Source: Isurus oxyrinchus | Lineage: Eukaryota | Reading direction: 5' to 3' | Length of the DNA stretch: 64,000 nt | Assembly: GCA_026770705.1 (NCBI GenBank) | Contig: JANJGN010001130.1 | Location: 62,001-126,000 of the forward strand | Part shown: piece after piece, positions 34,729-47,027 of the stretch | Layout of the letters: each line of letters begins with the position of its first letter | Position numbering within the stretch: position 1 is the stretch's first letter | The notes under the pieces: model-generated | Databases searched by the model: none | What the model was told of the DNA's origin: nothing | What the model saw: the letters and a program-made list of their open reading frames with translations, nothing else | Position numbers and translations under genes: made by a program

Positions 34729-35010
34729 ACACACCACAGAATCTCTCAATCAAATCTCTTGATATGATTAACGCTTCATCGATCAATATAATTGAGGGGA
34801 ATTCTGCAGTGATAATCTGCTCTGTCGAGAGCTCTCCTGCTTCTAACCTGACGTGACGACATCTTAATGTCCCAATGAACAGAACAAGTTCCAACAATGA
34901 GCTGTGGTTGGTGATTCCTCACGTTACATCCAGGGACACGGGACACTATCAGTGTGTGGCAGAGAATGAACATGGAGCAGTGGAGGGATTTATAACCATC
35001 TCTGTGGAAC
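34729..35010 (+). pseudogene. Inactivated copy of the repeated C2 exon in gene B
   Basis: TGG>TGA at 34854-34856, donor gtgagt>atgagt at 35011, and acceptor pyrimidine tract deleted relative to the intact paralogue at 53745. Confidence 0.9.
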
Positions 35011-35039
35011 ATGAGTTACACAGAATTGAACGTTCTCGT

Positions 35040-36090
35040 GTTATTAGCTCATGGGATGTGGGCATTGTTGACAAGACCAGAAATTATTGCCCATCTGTAA
35101 CTGCCCCTTGAGAAGGTGGTGGTGAGCTGCCTTCTTTTACCACTGCAGTCCATGTGGTGTAGGCGCACCCACAGTGCTGTTAGGGAGGGAGTTCCAGGAT
35201 TTTGTCCCAGTGATGGTGAAGGAACGGCCGATATAGTTCCAAGTCCCAGGGCAGACCACCACCTCAAGTTCACCTCCAAGTCACACACCTCACTGACTTG
35301 GAACTGTCTCAGTGGAAGAGGTTAAGAGTTTGGAAGGTGCTGTCGAAGGAGCCTTGGTGAGTTGCTGCAGTGCATCTTGTAGATGGTGCACACACTGCTG
35401 CCATTGTGTGCCAGTGGTGGAGGGTATGAATGTTTATGCTGGTGGATGGGCTGTCGATCAAACAAGCTACTCCTGGATGGTGTCGAGCTTCTTGAGTGTT
35501 GTTGGAGCTGCACTTATTCAGGCAATTGGAGGTTATTCCATCACACTCCTGACTTGTGCCTTGTCAACGGTGGACAGGCTTTGGGGAGTCAGGAGTTGAA
35601 TTACTCACTGCAGAGTTCCCAGCCTCTTACCCGCATTTGTAGCCACACTATTTCCTGTTGCCAGGTTGTTGCCAGGGCCAATAGCCTTTGCTGCATCCAG
35701 TATCATCAGCTGATTCCTGATGTCACGTGGAGTCAATCGAATTGTCTGAAAGCTGACATCTGTGATGCTGGGACCCTCTGGAGGAGGCCGAGATGGAGCA
35801 TCCACTCAGCACCTCTGGCTGAACATGGTTGCCAACGCTTCAGCCTTGTCGTTTGCACTGATGTGCTGAGCTCCCCCATCATTAAGGATGGGGATATTTG
35901 TGGAACATCCTCCTCCTGTTAGATCTTTAATTGTCCATCACTATTCATGACTGGATGTGGCAGGACTGCAGAGCTTAGATCTGACCCGTTGGTTGTGGGA
36001 TCGCTTTGCTCTGTCTATAGCATGTTGTTTCCGCTGTTTGGTGTGTATGTAGTCCTGTGTGTCACCTCAGCAGCTTGGCACCTCTGTTAT
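35040..36090 (-). mobile_element. CR1-clade LINE fragments (duplicated at ~54060-55100)
   Basis: Minus-strand PSITDVSFQTIRLTPRDI...AKAIGPGN, plus the reverse complement of the same 3' tail as the element at 16960-19035. Confidence 0.75.
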
Positions 36091-36276
36091 ATGTGAATCC
36101 TCCTTATAGAAACCTGCATGTACATGGATATTATCAATAAATATTACATAGATAAATGTTATTTGTACAGAGCTTTCATGCATAGACAATATCACTTCAC
36201 AAGTTCAGAATTACTACATGTACATAGGGAACCATTCTCAAACTGTACCGGAGTCATTCATTGGCTGATTTTACAG

Positions 36277-36373
36277 GGCGAGATTCCAATGAATGGAAAG
36301 CAGGATTGCTTGGAGCTGGAATCTGTTTGAGTGTTGGACTGAGTGGATTCTTCATCTTCAAGTGTGTGAGAAA
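36277..36373 (+). CDS. Gene B transmembrane exon (RDSNEWKAGLLGAGICLSVGLSGFFIFKCVRK)
   Basis: ttttacag|..AGAAA|gtaagt, 97 nt; appears identical to the gene C TM exon; unspliced read-through gives AAG TAA. Confidence 0.8.
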
Positions 36374-36979
36374 GTAAGTGTGAAGGTTTAATTTGTTGTC
36401 TTTGAACATGTTTTCTTCAACCTTCTCTCCTTTTCGAAAGAACTTGCATTTCTATAGCACCTTTCACAACCCAAAACCCTTCACAGCCCCTGAAGAGCTT
36501 TGATTTTCACCTACTGTTTAACATCTCATCCAACACTCACTGTTTCACAACTCCGTCCTGTAACTGGCAGTGTTGACCCGGACCATAAAATACCTTGTGA
36601 CTTCCTGAGGATGTGAAAGGTGCTATATAAATGAAAACATTTCCTTTGTTAGTGAATGCAATCTCTTTCCATTTTCCATTTTCCCTGTCGCATTCACTCT
36701 CTCTCTTATCTCCACTAATGCTCTCCTTCTCATTCTCTCTCTCTCTCATTCGCTCTCTCCAATCTCCACTAATGCTATCCTTCTCATTCTTTCTCTCGTC
36801 CTCTTACACAATGTTCAGTCTCTCACATTTTTAACATTTCGAGTCCGTATGACCCTTCTTCAGAGTCTATAAGCAAAAACTCTGTTTCTCTCTCCACAGC
36901 TGCTGCCAGACCTGCTGAGTTAAGGCAGCATTTTCCATTTTTATTGAAGATTTACAACATCTGCAGTATTTATTTTTAA

Positions 36980-37830
36980 TGAGAGGAGGACATTCAGCCC
37001 CTCGACCCTGTTACACAGGAACAGGAGGAGGCCATTCAGCCCCCTCGAGCCTGTTACACAGGAACAGGAGGAGGCCATTCAGCCCCCTCGAGCCTGTTAC
37101 ACAGGAACAGGAGGAGGCCATTCAGCCCCATGAGCCTGTTATACAGGAAAAGGAGGAGGCCATTCAGCCCCTCAAGCCTGTTTCAGGAACAGGAGGAAGC
37201 CCATTCAGCCCCTCGAGCCTGTTACACAGCAACAGGAGGAGGCCCATTCAGCCCCTCGAGCCTGTTACACAGGAACAGGAGGAGGCCCATTCAGCCCCTC
37301 GAGCCTGTTACACAGCAACAGGAGGAGGCCCATTCAGCCTCTCGAGCCTGTTACACAGCAACAGGAGGAGGCCCATTCAGCCCCTCGAGCCTGTTACACA
37401 GGAACAGGAGGAGGCCCATTCAGCCCCTCGAGCCTGTTACACAGGAACAGGAGGATGTCCATTCAGACCTTCAAGCCTCTAACACCAGAACGGAAGGAGG
37501 TCATTTCAGCCCCATGAGCTTGATGAACAGGAACAGGAGGAGGTCCATTCAGCCCCTCAAGTCAGTTACATAGGAACAGGAGAAGTCTCATTCAGCCACA
37601 CGAGCATCTTATATAAGAACATGAGGGGGCCCAAACAGCCCCTCAAGGCTGTTACACAAGAAGCGGAGGAGGAGGTTCATTCAGTCCCTCGAGGCAGTTT
37701 TACAGGAACAGGAGGAGGCCCATTCAGCCACACAAGCCTCTTACACAAGAACAGGAAGAGGTCCATTCAGCCCCTCAAGCCTGTTACACAGGAACAGGAG
37801 GAGGCCCGTTCAACCACCTCGAGCTTGTTG
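36980..37830. repeat. ~43-44-bp VNTR (cattcagcccctcgagcctgttacacaggaacaggaggaggcc) upstream of a promoter module
   Basis: Tandem units; resembles the reverse complement of a CR1 3' end; paralogous array at ~59540-60310. Confidence 0.9.
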
Positions 37831-37869
37831 CATGTGAACAGTCGATGGCCCTTCAGCCACATTGTTGGC

Positions 37870-38075
37870 ACGCAAAGGGTTAACAGTTTTCTAACTGTGC
37901 GAGGCAAAGAGTTGCTTTCTAACTTGGTACTAACCACTTCCTCATTTTGTCTCACAGAGACACATCAACCCTTTCTCATTAAATACACAGAGGGAGCAGC
38001 ACAGGAAGAGGTCATTCAGCCCAAGCAGAGCGTGTGGGCAGTTCCTCCCCAGGCGAGCAGTCGGACAGGTCCTGG
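37870..38075 (+). promoter_or_regulatory. Putative promoter and non-coding exon 1 of the gene family, with a PU.1-type site
   Basis: accacttcctcatttt (AAAATGAGGAAGTGGT on the minus strand) at ~37933-37948; donor tgg|gtaagt at 38076; the module recurs at ~40130, ~56000 and ~60350. Confidence 0.55.
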
Positions 38076-38518
38076 GTAAGTAACGGAACGATTGGAATTC
38101 ACTTCCACGACCAACACTGTCCTTTGTTGATGTTGTGACTTTATAAAGACAGATTCCAATGATTGATGCCTTTGAAAGATTTCTACTGATTATTGAGATC
38201 TGGGTGTGAGGCTCAAGTCTGTTGTACAGAATATCTTTCTAGCTCAAGGGATGAGGGAAGAGCAGGGACATGAGCTTTGGGGTGTCCTGAGCAGGTGAAA
38301 GGCGATATAGAAATGCAAGTCCTTCATTGTTTTACTTTCTTAAAGCCTTGTAATTCTCTGCAGAGCACCTATCATCCCACAGAGAATCAAATTAGTCTGC
38401 GAAGACATTGTCTAAAAGCAGTTCTGATCTCTCGAGAGCTGTCGGACAAGAGGTGAGGTCTCGTTAACTCATTTCTCTTTCACAGCTTGAGAACCAATGA
38501 AATACCTGGGAGTGGACA

Positions 38519-38558
38519 ATGATCAGGAAATCTTACTTCCTCCTGTCACTTCTCCAAG
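38519..38558 (+). pseudogene. Orphan (or alternative) leader exon MIRKSYFLLSLLQ with no V exon of its own
   Basis: Intact acceptor (38485) and donor; the following intron matches gene A intron 1 but stops at a 33-bp array (~39765). Confidence 0.7.
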
Positions 38559-39345
38559 GTAATATCATTGTCAGCTCGGATAGATTTATGGCTAATCATC
38601 TTTGTAAAACATAATTCTTATTGAGCTGTGATTGGTAACAGATTCAGCAGTGAGCCAGTGTACAATCTCACACCAAGTCCCATTCACCCATCACCCCTGT
38701 GCTCACTGATATACACTGACTCCCTGTCTGACAGCAGAATTGGTGGAGAGCAGAGGACTTTGAGGTTTGCATGGTTGGAGGAGAAAGTGATTGGAGAAGA
38801 GGAATGGAGGGAATGGAAATTGAGGATGAGAGTCTTAAACTTGAGGCTCTGCTGGACTGGGAGCCAGTGCAGGTCAGCGAGTGGCAGAGGGTGTGAGGTG
38901 CTGAGTCGAGAAACAGTGATAAATACTGGGGGATGAAGTCTATCCTGATGCTTGGACGCCGATAGCAAAGGAATGAAATTTGTGTCTTTTCCTGATTTTA
39001 ATCAGAATTTCCCATGAAGACAACACAGCAGCTCCTAGAATAGACAGGCTGTTCAGTGTCACACTTCCTGTCCATTCTCACCTTGCTAGATACTTCAATA
39101 AGGGAGCAAGATAACTGAAAGAGAGAAGGAAGGTAAAGCTGTCCGTGTGTAAAGGTGTCAATATTCAGTTTGCATATTTGTCTTTCTCTCAACACATGCA
39201 GAGCTCAGGCTAGAGGTGATTTGTTATTGTGTTTCACAGTGTCTGCTGGAGTAGGGTCAGTGCTGAGCTTGGGGACAAGTCAGTCTACAATGCTGCATTG
39301 GAATCAACAATACAACAATATGGGGTTTGGATCAGAAATAATCCC

Positions 39346-39608
39346 TTAGACAATGAGGATCCAAAGAGATTCCTTAGACAATGAGGATCCAAAGAGATTC
39401 CATAGACAATGAGGATCCAAAGAGATTCCATAGACAATGAGGATCCAAAGAGATTCCTTAGACAATGAGGATCCAAAGAGATTCCTTAGACAATGAGGAT
39501 CCAAAATGATTCCTTAGACAATGAGGATCCAAAGAGATTCCTCAGACAATGAGGATCTAAAGAGATTCCTTAGACAATGAGGATCCAAAGAGATTCCTTA
39601 GACAATGA
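39346..39608. repeat. 28-bp VNTR (tagacaatgaggatccaaagagattcct), ~9 copies
   Basis: Tandem units; only about 2 copies at the paralogous site in gene A (~1281-1338). Confidence 0.92.
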
Positions 39609-40793
39609 ACCTACAAAGTGCACCAATCAGATTGAATCAGATTAGCCAATCAGCTGTGTTGAAGAGCAGACAGGAATGTTAGGCTAATTAGTGATTCATG
39701 ACGGTGATAATGGGGGGAGTTCTGAGGGCTCCTAATCCATTGTCCTGTCTTGTAAATCAGCACCTTAATACTGACCCTCCAACAGTGCAGCACTCCCTCA
39801 GTACTGATCCTCCAACATTGCAGCACTCCCTGATTAATGTCCCTCTGACAGTGCAGCAATCCCTCAGTACTGACCCTCAGACAGTGGAGATCTCCCTCAG
39901 TACTGACCTTACAATAGTGAAACACTCGCTCAGTAATGACCATCCAACAGTGCAGCACTTGCTCAGTACTGACACTGGGGAGTTTCAGTCTACTCTGTGG
40001 GGCAGACGTCCCCTGAATCGGGTCTTGAACCCCACAACGTTCTGACCCCCTGAATTTGGCTGTGAAACCCACTGACCCAAAGGAGAAACTCCTGGTCAAT
40101 GACTGTCCACCTGTGAGCAGAAATATCACCACAGGGTCAGGACACAAAGGGTTAACAGTTCACCAACATCTCAAAACATGAGCTGCTCTGTCACTTTGAT
40201 CCAACTTCCTCATTTTGTCTCACAGTGACACATCCACCCTTTCTAATTAAACACACAGAGGGAGCAGCACAGGAAGCGGTCATTCAGCCCAAGCAGAGCG
40301 TGTGGGCAGTTCCTCCCCAAGCGAGCAGTTGGACAGGTCCTGGTTAAGTAACGGAACGATTGGAATTCACTTCCACCACGAACACCGTCCTTTGTTGATG
40401 TTGTGACTTTATAAAGACAGATTACAATGATTGATGCCTTTCAAAGATTTCTACTGATTATTGAGATCAGGGTGTGAGCCTCAGGTCTGTTGTACAGAAC
40501 ATCTTTCTAGCTCAAAGGATGAGGGAAGAGCAGGGACATGAGCTTTGGGACATCCTGAGGTGGTGAAAGGTGCTATAGAAATGCAAGTCCTTCATTGATT
40601 TATTTTTTTACAGCTTTTTAACTCTCTGCAGAGCACCTATCATCCCACAGAGAACCAAATTAGTCTGTGTAGACATTGTCTAAAAGCAGTTCTGATCTCT
40701 CGAGAGCTGTCGGACAAGAGGTGAGGTCTCATTAACTCCTTTCTCTTTCACAGTTTAAGAGTCAGAAGCTAAAGGAATATCTGGGAGTGGACA

Positions 40794-40833
40794 ATGATCG
40801 GGAAATCTTACTTCCTCCTGTCACTTCTCCAAG
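40794..40833 (+). CDS. Gene C leader exon MIGKSYFLLSLLQ
   Basis: Acceptor ttcacag at 40753, ATG at 40794, phase-1 donor. Confidence 0.8.
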
Positions 40834-41849
40834 GTAATATCATCGTCAGCTTGAACAGACTTATGGCTAATAGTCTTTGTAAAAGAACATTCTTATGGAG
40901 ATCTGATAGGGAACTGATTCAGCAGTGAGTCAGTGTACAAACTCACACCACGTCCCATTCACCCATCACCCCTGTGCTCACTGATATACACTGACTCCCT
41001 GTCTGACAGCAGAACTGCAGGACAGCAGAGACCTCAAAGGGTTTCAGGGCTGGAGAAGGTGACAGTGATAGGGATTAGAGAGGGAGAATGGAGGGATAAG
41101 GAATCAATGAAGAGATTTTGAAAATTGAGTCATTGTTGGACTGGGAGCCAGTGTAGGACAGCGAGTGACAGGGTAGCGACCGGCTGAATAGAGAAGCAGG
41201 GATAAAAACTGGGGGATGAAGTCTATCCTGATGCAAGCACTCCGATATCAATGCCCTGAAATTTTTCTCTCTTGCTGATTTTAGTCAGAATTTCCCATGA
41301 AGACAACACAGCAGCTCCTAGAATAGACAGGCTGTTCAGTGTCACACTTCCTGTCCATTCTCACCTTGCTAGAAACTTCAATAAGGGAGCAAGATAACTG
41401 AAAGAGAGAAGGAAGGTAAAGCTGTCTGTGTGTAAAACTGTCAAATATTCTGAGTTATCATGATTGTCTCTGACCTGCTGCAGAGTTTATATTTCATTGA
41501 AACTTATCACTTTGCAGCTCAGAGAGAGACCATTGACTCACTGCCTGAAAGGGCGGTGGAAGCAGATTCAACAGGAACTTTCAGAAGGGGAACTAGATAA
41601 ATACTTGAAGGGGACATTTTGCAGGGCTGTGGGGGAGAGAGCAGAGGTGAGAGTGGGACTAATTGGACAGATCTTTCAAAGGCCCAGCACAGGCTCGATG
41701 GGCCAAATGGCTTCCTTCAGTTCTGGATCATTCCACAATCCGATAAATTAAATCTCTTTTCAGTAACTCTTCAGGCTCCCGCTGCAGGAATGGATCTTTC
41801 AGAAGGGCAGGGAACAAGCGGTTTCTCATATCATGTTCATATTTATTGA

Positions 41850-44800
41850 CAATTACATAAGTGCATGGAACTGTTGAATATTTGACTCTCTAAAGTTTGG
41901 ATTTAACCTTCTGGTCCACCCAGATCTTGTGCTGGTTACCTTGTCTGGAGGTGTCTTTAACTGCTCACAGTGATCTGTGGGATTGTCACCCTTGGATGTT
42001 GTTCCTGATTTCATGTGGGATCTTCTCCTCGATGGAATAGGAGCGGGAATGGATCTGATTTATCCTCGGTTCCGCCTCACCGCTGTGCCCTTGTGTGTTT
42101 GACTCCATAGGCCCTTGGTTCTGAACAAATCCTTGTCACCTCAGCTGGTGGTCATGAACCTTCTGTGGGATCCTGGATGTGAACTTGTCCCAACTCTGCA
42201 CCTCCATTTTTATCATGAACATTCCTTATCTTCTCTTGTAGTTTTAAAAGTTGCCCTCTGGTTTCTTAGAGAGTAGAATGGGTAAGAGTAGCGAAATTGG
42301 TCACTACTGGCACACCAAACATGATTTCTGTCAGTGATGGAATAAGGTGAGGTGATGGTGTAGTGGTATTGTTGCTGGACGAGTAATTCAGAGACCCAGG
42401 GTAATGTCCTGAGAATATGGGTTCAATTCCGGCCATAATAGATGATGGAATTTGAATTTAATAAAAATATGAAATTCAAAGTCTAGTGATGACCACAAAA
42501 CCATTGTTGGAAATCCCACCTGGTTCACCAGTGCCGTTTAGGGAACAAAATTGTCTGGCCGACATGTGACTCCAGACTCCACGTCAATGTGGTTGACTCT
42601 TACATTAGGGATGGGTAATAAATCCTGGCCTCGCCAGTGACTCCCACATCCCATGAATGAATTTAACAAAGTTGCAGTTGTAGGTGTCGATCTCAGATGT
42701 AACATTGCAATGTGTGGATCTTGCTTGGTCTGTCTACATTTGAGAATTAGGGATTTCACTGTGTGCATCATTCATTCAATTATGCTGTTAGATCTGGGGT
42801 AATGAGGAGAAGAAGTAATGTGATTGATATTCCAGATTATCTGTAATCATGTCCCTAGGTTCACCAAATAAACTGAAAATAGTGCTTAGAGTGTGTGCAC
42901 CAGTTGTGCTCGGTGTGTTGTGCTATTTTTGAATAACGGGATATCTGGTAAAGCTGTCGACGATGACAATGATGTCAGTGACATGGACATGAAAGGATTC
43001 AGATGTGATTTTGGACTAAGAATAGGCAGGAATTTCCTGTGGAATCAGTGGTTCTTTGTGTTGACTTGGCTCATCCTCTTGACAAGCCTCGTACTTCCCT
43101 ACAACAACTTCAAGGTCATTGTTCATACCCGGCCAGGGACTGTATCTCTTGTGAGTCTCCTTGACTGATCTGTGCCCATGTGTGAGGGATGAAGTTGTTG
43201 AAGAATATAGGATCACAAATGTGCCGGTATGATGCCCTGCCTGCCATTAAAAATGACTCCCTGGGAGATGCCTCGCTTATCTCGATGAGGTCAAGTTGAA
43301 TCAGGCCACCCTTTCAATGATATTTCCACAGTTCCTGCAGAATTTTTCACTGTTCCCTCTTGTAGCTGCTGGCATTTCTGTTGTGCTAAATGTACTGGAT
43401 CAATTGACAGACTTGCATTCTCCTGCAGGTGTAATGTTGCAGCTCCCTTGAAACTGACAATACTGTTGAAACTTTCTGCATATTTCAATGTTATGTCCAT
43501 GAACTGAGTTGCTGGGGTAGTTTCTGAGTTTGACCCATGTGAGGTCTGACAGATTCCATGGATTGTCTCTAGGGTGAGGTCACCGCATGCCGGTAGACTT
43601 GCAATTGCTCAGCCTTTAGTCTCCATGATGTAGAACATCTGTGACACCCAGGAGGATTGATTGTACTTGCACCCCAGGACTATGGATTCTGCACATGGAG
43701 TTGAAGTGTTGTACACAGCAATAGGTTTCCCCATGGACTCCCATGTCCTTGGATACATGTCTTTGAAAATTTGCTGGGGTGGGCTGTGGGAGGGGAATGT
43801 TGGCACTTGCCCCTGTGTCAATCTTGATCAGTAAAGGTGAGGTTGCAACTTTCTCAGGGCAGAAAATTGGAATCTTGGCCAATAGTGCGGGTGATGTAAC
43901 TGCATCTGTTCTTCGTGAGATTGATGGTGTAAAAGGTTTGAAATTGTTCAACAATTGTACAATACGTTGAGCACAACTGTTGCACAAACTCTAGGCTGGG
44001 GTTTTCCGGCACAGTCATGATGGGACCTGCCGTGGGAGATTGGACAAACATTGGCTTTCGGCCGGACCGGACAATCCTGGCAGTGGGTGGGGCCAGAAAA
44101 TCCCACCCCTATGGGACATTTTCAGTTTATTTGATGTGCCCAGAGAGATCTTTAAAGACAACAATCCACAATTTATTGGCAAGCCACGTCAGGATATGTG
44201 TGAGAGGTGGAATATCGATCACCGCTCCTCGTCTCACCATGTACATCATCGCTATTTCCTGGTTTGTCAGTCACCACATGTATATGTTCCTGATGGGATA
44301 GTGGATGGTCATTCTTATTGCTTGAAGGTTCCCCGTTGTGTAGGGTCTGTTTGGATCAGCCCACGGCTCTTTGTAGCTGCATCAGCCTTTGCTCTAGTGC
44401 CCTGCCGCTGTCAATGGCCCTTTCTGCCACAAGCCTTGCAGGATTGGTGGAAAGCTGGGCATTTCCTTGGTGCCTGCAGAAGGCCAAACCTTCCACACGT
44501 CTCACTAGGTTTGGATGTTCTAGTGAGTGTGTCAACAATTGATGTTGTACTGAGGACCTGTAAGCTTCGTTGACCTGCGAGGATCACTTCGTATTTATGT
44601 CCATCCTTGAGTAGCTCTTCAATGCTATAGGTTTTGGTCGTATCTAGCAGTTCTCACCACGAGGGATCCGTCTGCTCCCCAGCTCTTTACTTGAGCTCTT
44701 TCCCGTCACTGTGTCTTCAAAGGTTTCCTGAGCAGTCAGTACACTGCGATTTCAACCCTCTCTGATGCTGTGTCTCTGTTGTGGTCTGACCAAAGCGTCG

Positions 44801-45050
44801 AAGCATGACTCATGTCATCTAGCTCGATCTAAGGTTGTTCACCACGTCATACCTGTACTGAATCTTGCTGCCAGAATGTTTGGCCACCGCTGATCAACAT
44901 GTTGTGTTTTTATAATGATATAAAGGCACCAGCCACTGATACGGAATTGGGTAAATACATTGTGGGTTCAGTTATTTAGAATAGGGACATGAGAACAGAT
45001 ATACAAGGATAGAAAGCTGGGAGACACCTGTAGCCAAACTGTGTGAGCTG
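41850..45050 (-). mobile_element. Decayed Ty3/Gypsy LTR retrotransposon in gene C intron 1 (with an HE1-like SINE inserted at ~42350-42668)
   Basis: Minus-strand protease IKIDTGASANI, integrase zinc-finger H..WPGMNND..C..KEPL and SSPHYPRSN..HTVK; degenerate tRNA-Leu-like PBS near 44885-44900; boundaries approximate. Confidence 0.75.
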
Positions 45051-47027
45051 TGTTCTGCTCACAGGCTAAAGTGAAACTTGGACTGGATGGTGTTATCATC
45101 CCAGCTGATGTTACTACTGGGCAAGTCAGATCCCAGGGTGGAGCTCAGCTTGATAGGTCCTAACTTTTATTTTTTAGTTAGGAATGAGGAGTGCAGCTAC
45201 TGAACAGAGTCACAGGAGTCATCTGATGAACTTCTAACTAAAGAATAAAACATTTATTAAACTAGGAAAGACAAACTATATGACATTTCTCCTTCACCCA
45301 GACCTATTCATTTACAGATATATACAGATTCATAAAGATAACACAAGTTACAATAGCTATCTTATACTCTCATGTTCACACTAAGTACACAGTCCATGTA
45401 AACCAATAGACGACCTGTGGTCAGGGACAGCACATTCTAAAATCAAGTGACAGAACCCACTTGAAACAAATGCTATGTCTCCCTCCTCATCTGACCCCAG
45501 ACGCTTGTTACACTGTGAGCCAACCAGTCACACTGAACTGAGATATCCATATGAGGGTTTCCAATCTCAAAGAGAGCCAAGTGCTCTCTTTGGAATCTTC
45601 TCCAACATGACACTTTCACTCAGACACCTACCACAAGGCTCCACTTTCACTATTTCAAACTCTCCTTCCCATGTTCCTGCCCCCTGGATCGCCACGTGCA
45701 TTCAGCCTTCCTTCCACGCCCTGTCTCTCCAATGCTCAGCCGTGTCAATGGAACACCATGGCTTCACATGGCCGTAGTAATGAGTCACCAACCTGTGGTG
45801 TCTCCTAGGATCTTCTGGCTTCTCACAAGCCTATTTTGCTTTCGGCCTGTGTCCTGCTGCTTTCTCCCTTTATGCTTGAAGCCTTCTTCTGCTCCTCACT
45901 CTTAACTTCACTTAACAGGGCCTTTTCCAGATTTGACTAGAGGGTCTTCTTGGGCCCTTTCTCCTGTTCCACTCGATAGTTTTGGCTTCTTCTTTACTTT
46001 GGGACTGACTATCTGTCCCGCTCCTTTGCTGCTTCTCCTGGCAACTCCTTTCAACAGAACTGAAAGTACTTTTCTGTTTTTCTCGGTCTCTGTGGGTCCT
46101 TCCCTCTGCATCACTGTTGCTAGGCAACAGCACAGTTTCTTACGCCTTGTATTTCTCTTGACTTCCCTTCAACAGTCAGAAAACCTCAAAGGAATGCTGG
46201 CTTCTTTTAAAGTCAAATTCTATCTCTTCAAAACACCTAAACACAAAAATACAAACTAAACTTGAACTTAAAGATAGACCTTATGCCTAACACACAAATA
46301 GACACATAGAACTGACTTAAGCCAACCGCCGTTCCTATAGATCACATGACACACTTCCCCTCGAGTGATGTCATGCTGCTGTCCCTGAAAGGCATATTAC
46401 AACAGTGTTATCACTTGGCAGGTGATGTGTGCCAGGCAGACCAAGTCCATGAGAGAAAGGTGGTCACACTATCATAATGATTTTGCAATTTGTATTTATT
46501 ATGAGATGTGTGCACTGAATTCAGAAGCAATAAGTCCACCAAGAAATTTAGAGAATTAAAAAAATAAATTAAAATATTTGTCATCAAAATAAAAGATTTC
46601 AAGCACATACATAACTACAATGACAGCTATAATAACTCCTAAAATTCCTAATTAACCTGATCCCCAGTTACACTCATTTTAAAGCAACAGACCAAAAATA
46701 GATATTAGATTTAAAACAAACTTAGCAAGTTAACCCAATGCCCTGGACAGTGTAATTCCTAATGGATTTTCCCCAACTTCAGTTCTGTTGGATAGCAGGC
46801 TTGTGCACAAACAGGGTCCTGAGGACCATGAGCCAATGTAGAATGACCTTGTCAACTCCTGTGTCCAGGATTCCCTTCCATCCATTGGGAAACCTTGGGG
46901 AGTTCCATGTGTGTCCTGCAGATGGTCCACACAGCAGCCACTGTGCCCCAGTGATGGAGGGAGTGGATATCGAGTCTAGTGGATCTACAAATTATCCAGA
47001 TTTAAATATTGATATTTCTCTCCCCAG

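Noticed and set aside
29471-36373. Calling gene B the MAG or CD22 orthologue
   Set aside because: Similarity is only motif-level; the essential Arg is missing, and domain number and tail do not fit
36979-38079. ORFs rich in RNRRRP / QEQEEA (also 59559-60456)
   Set aside because: Frame-cycling translations of the 43-44-bp VNTR
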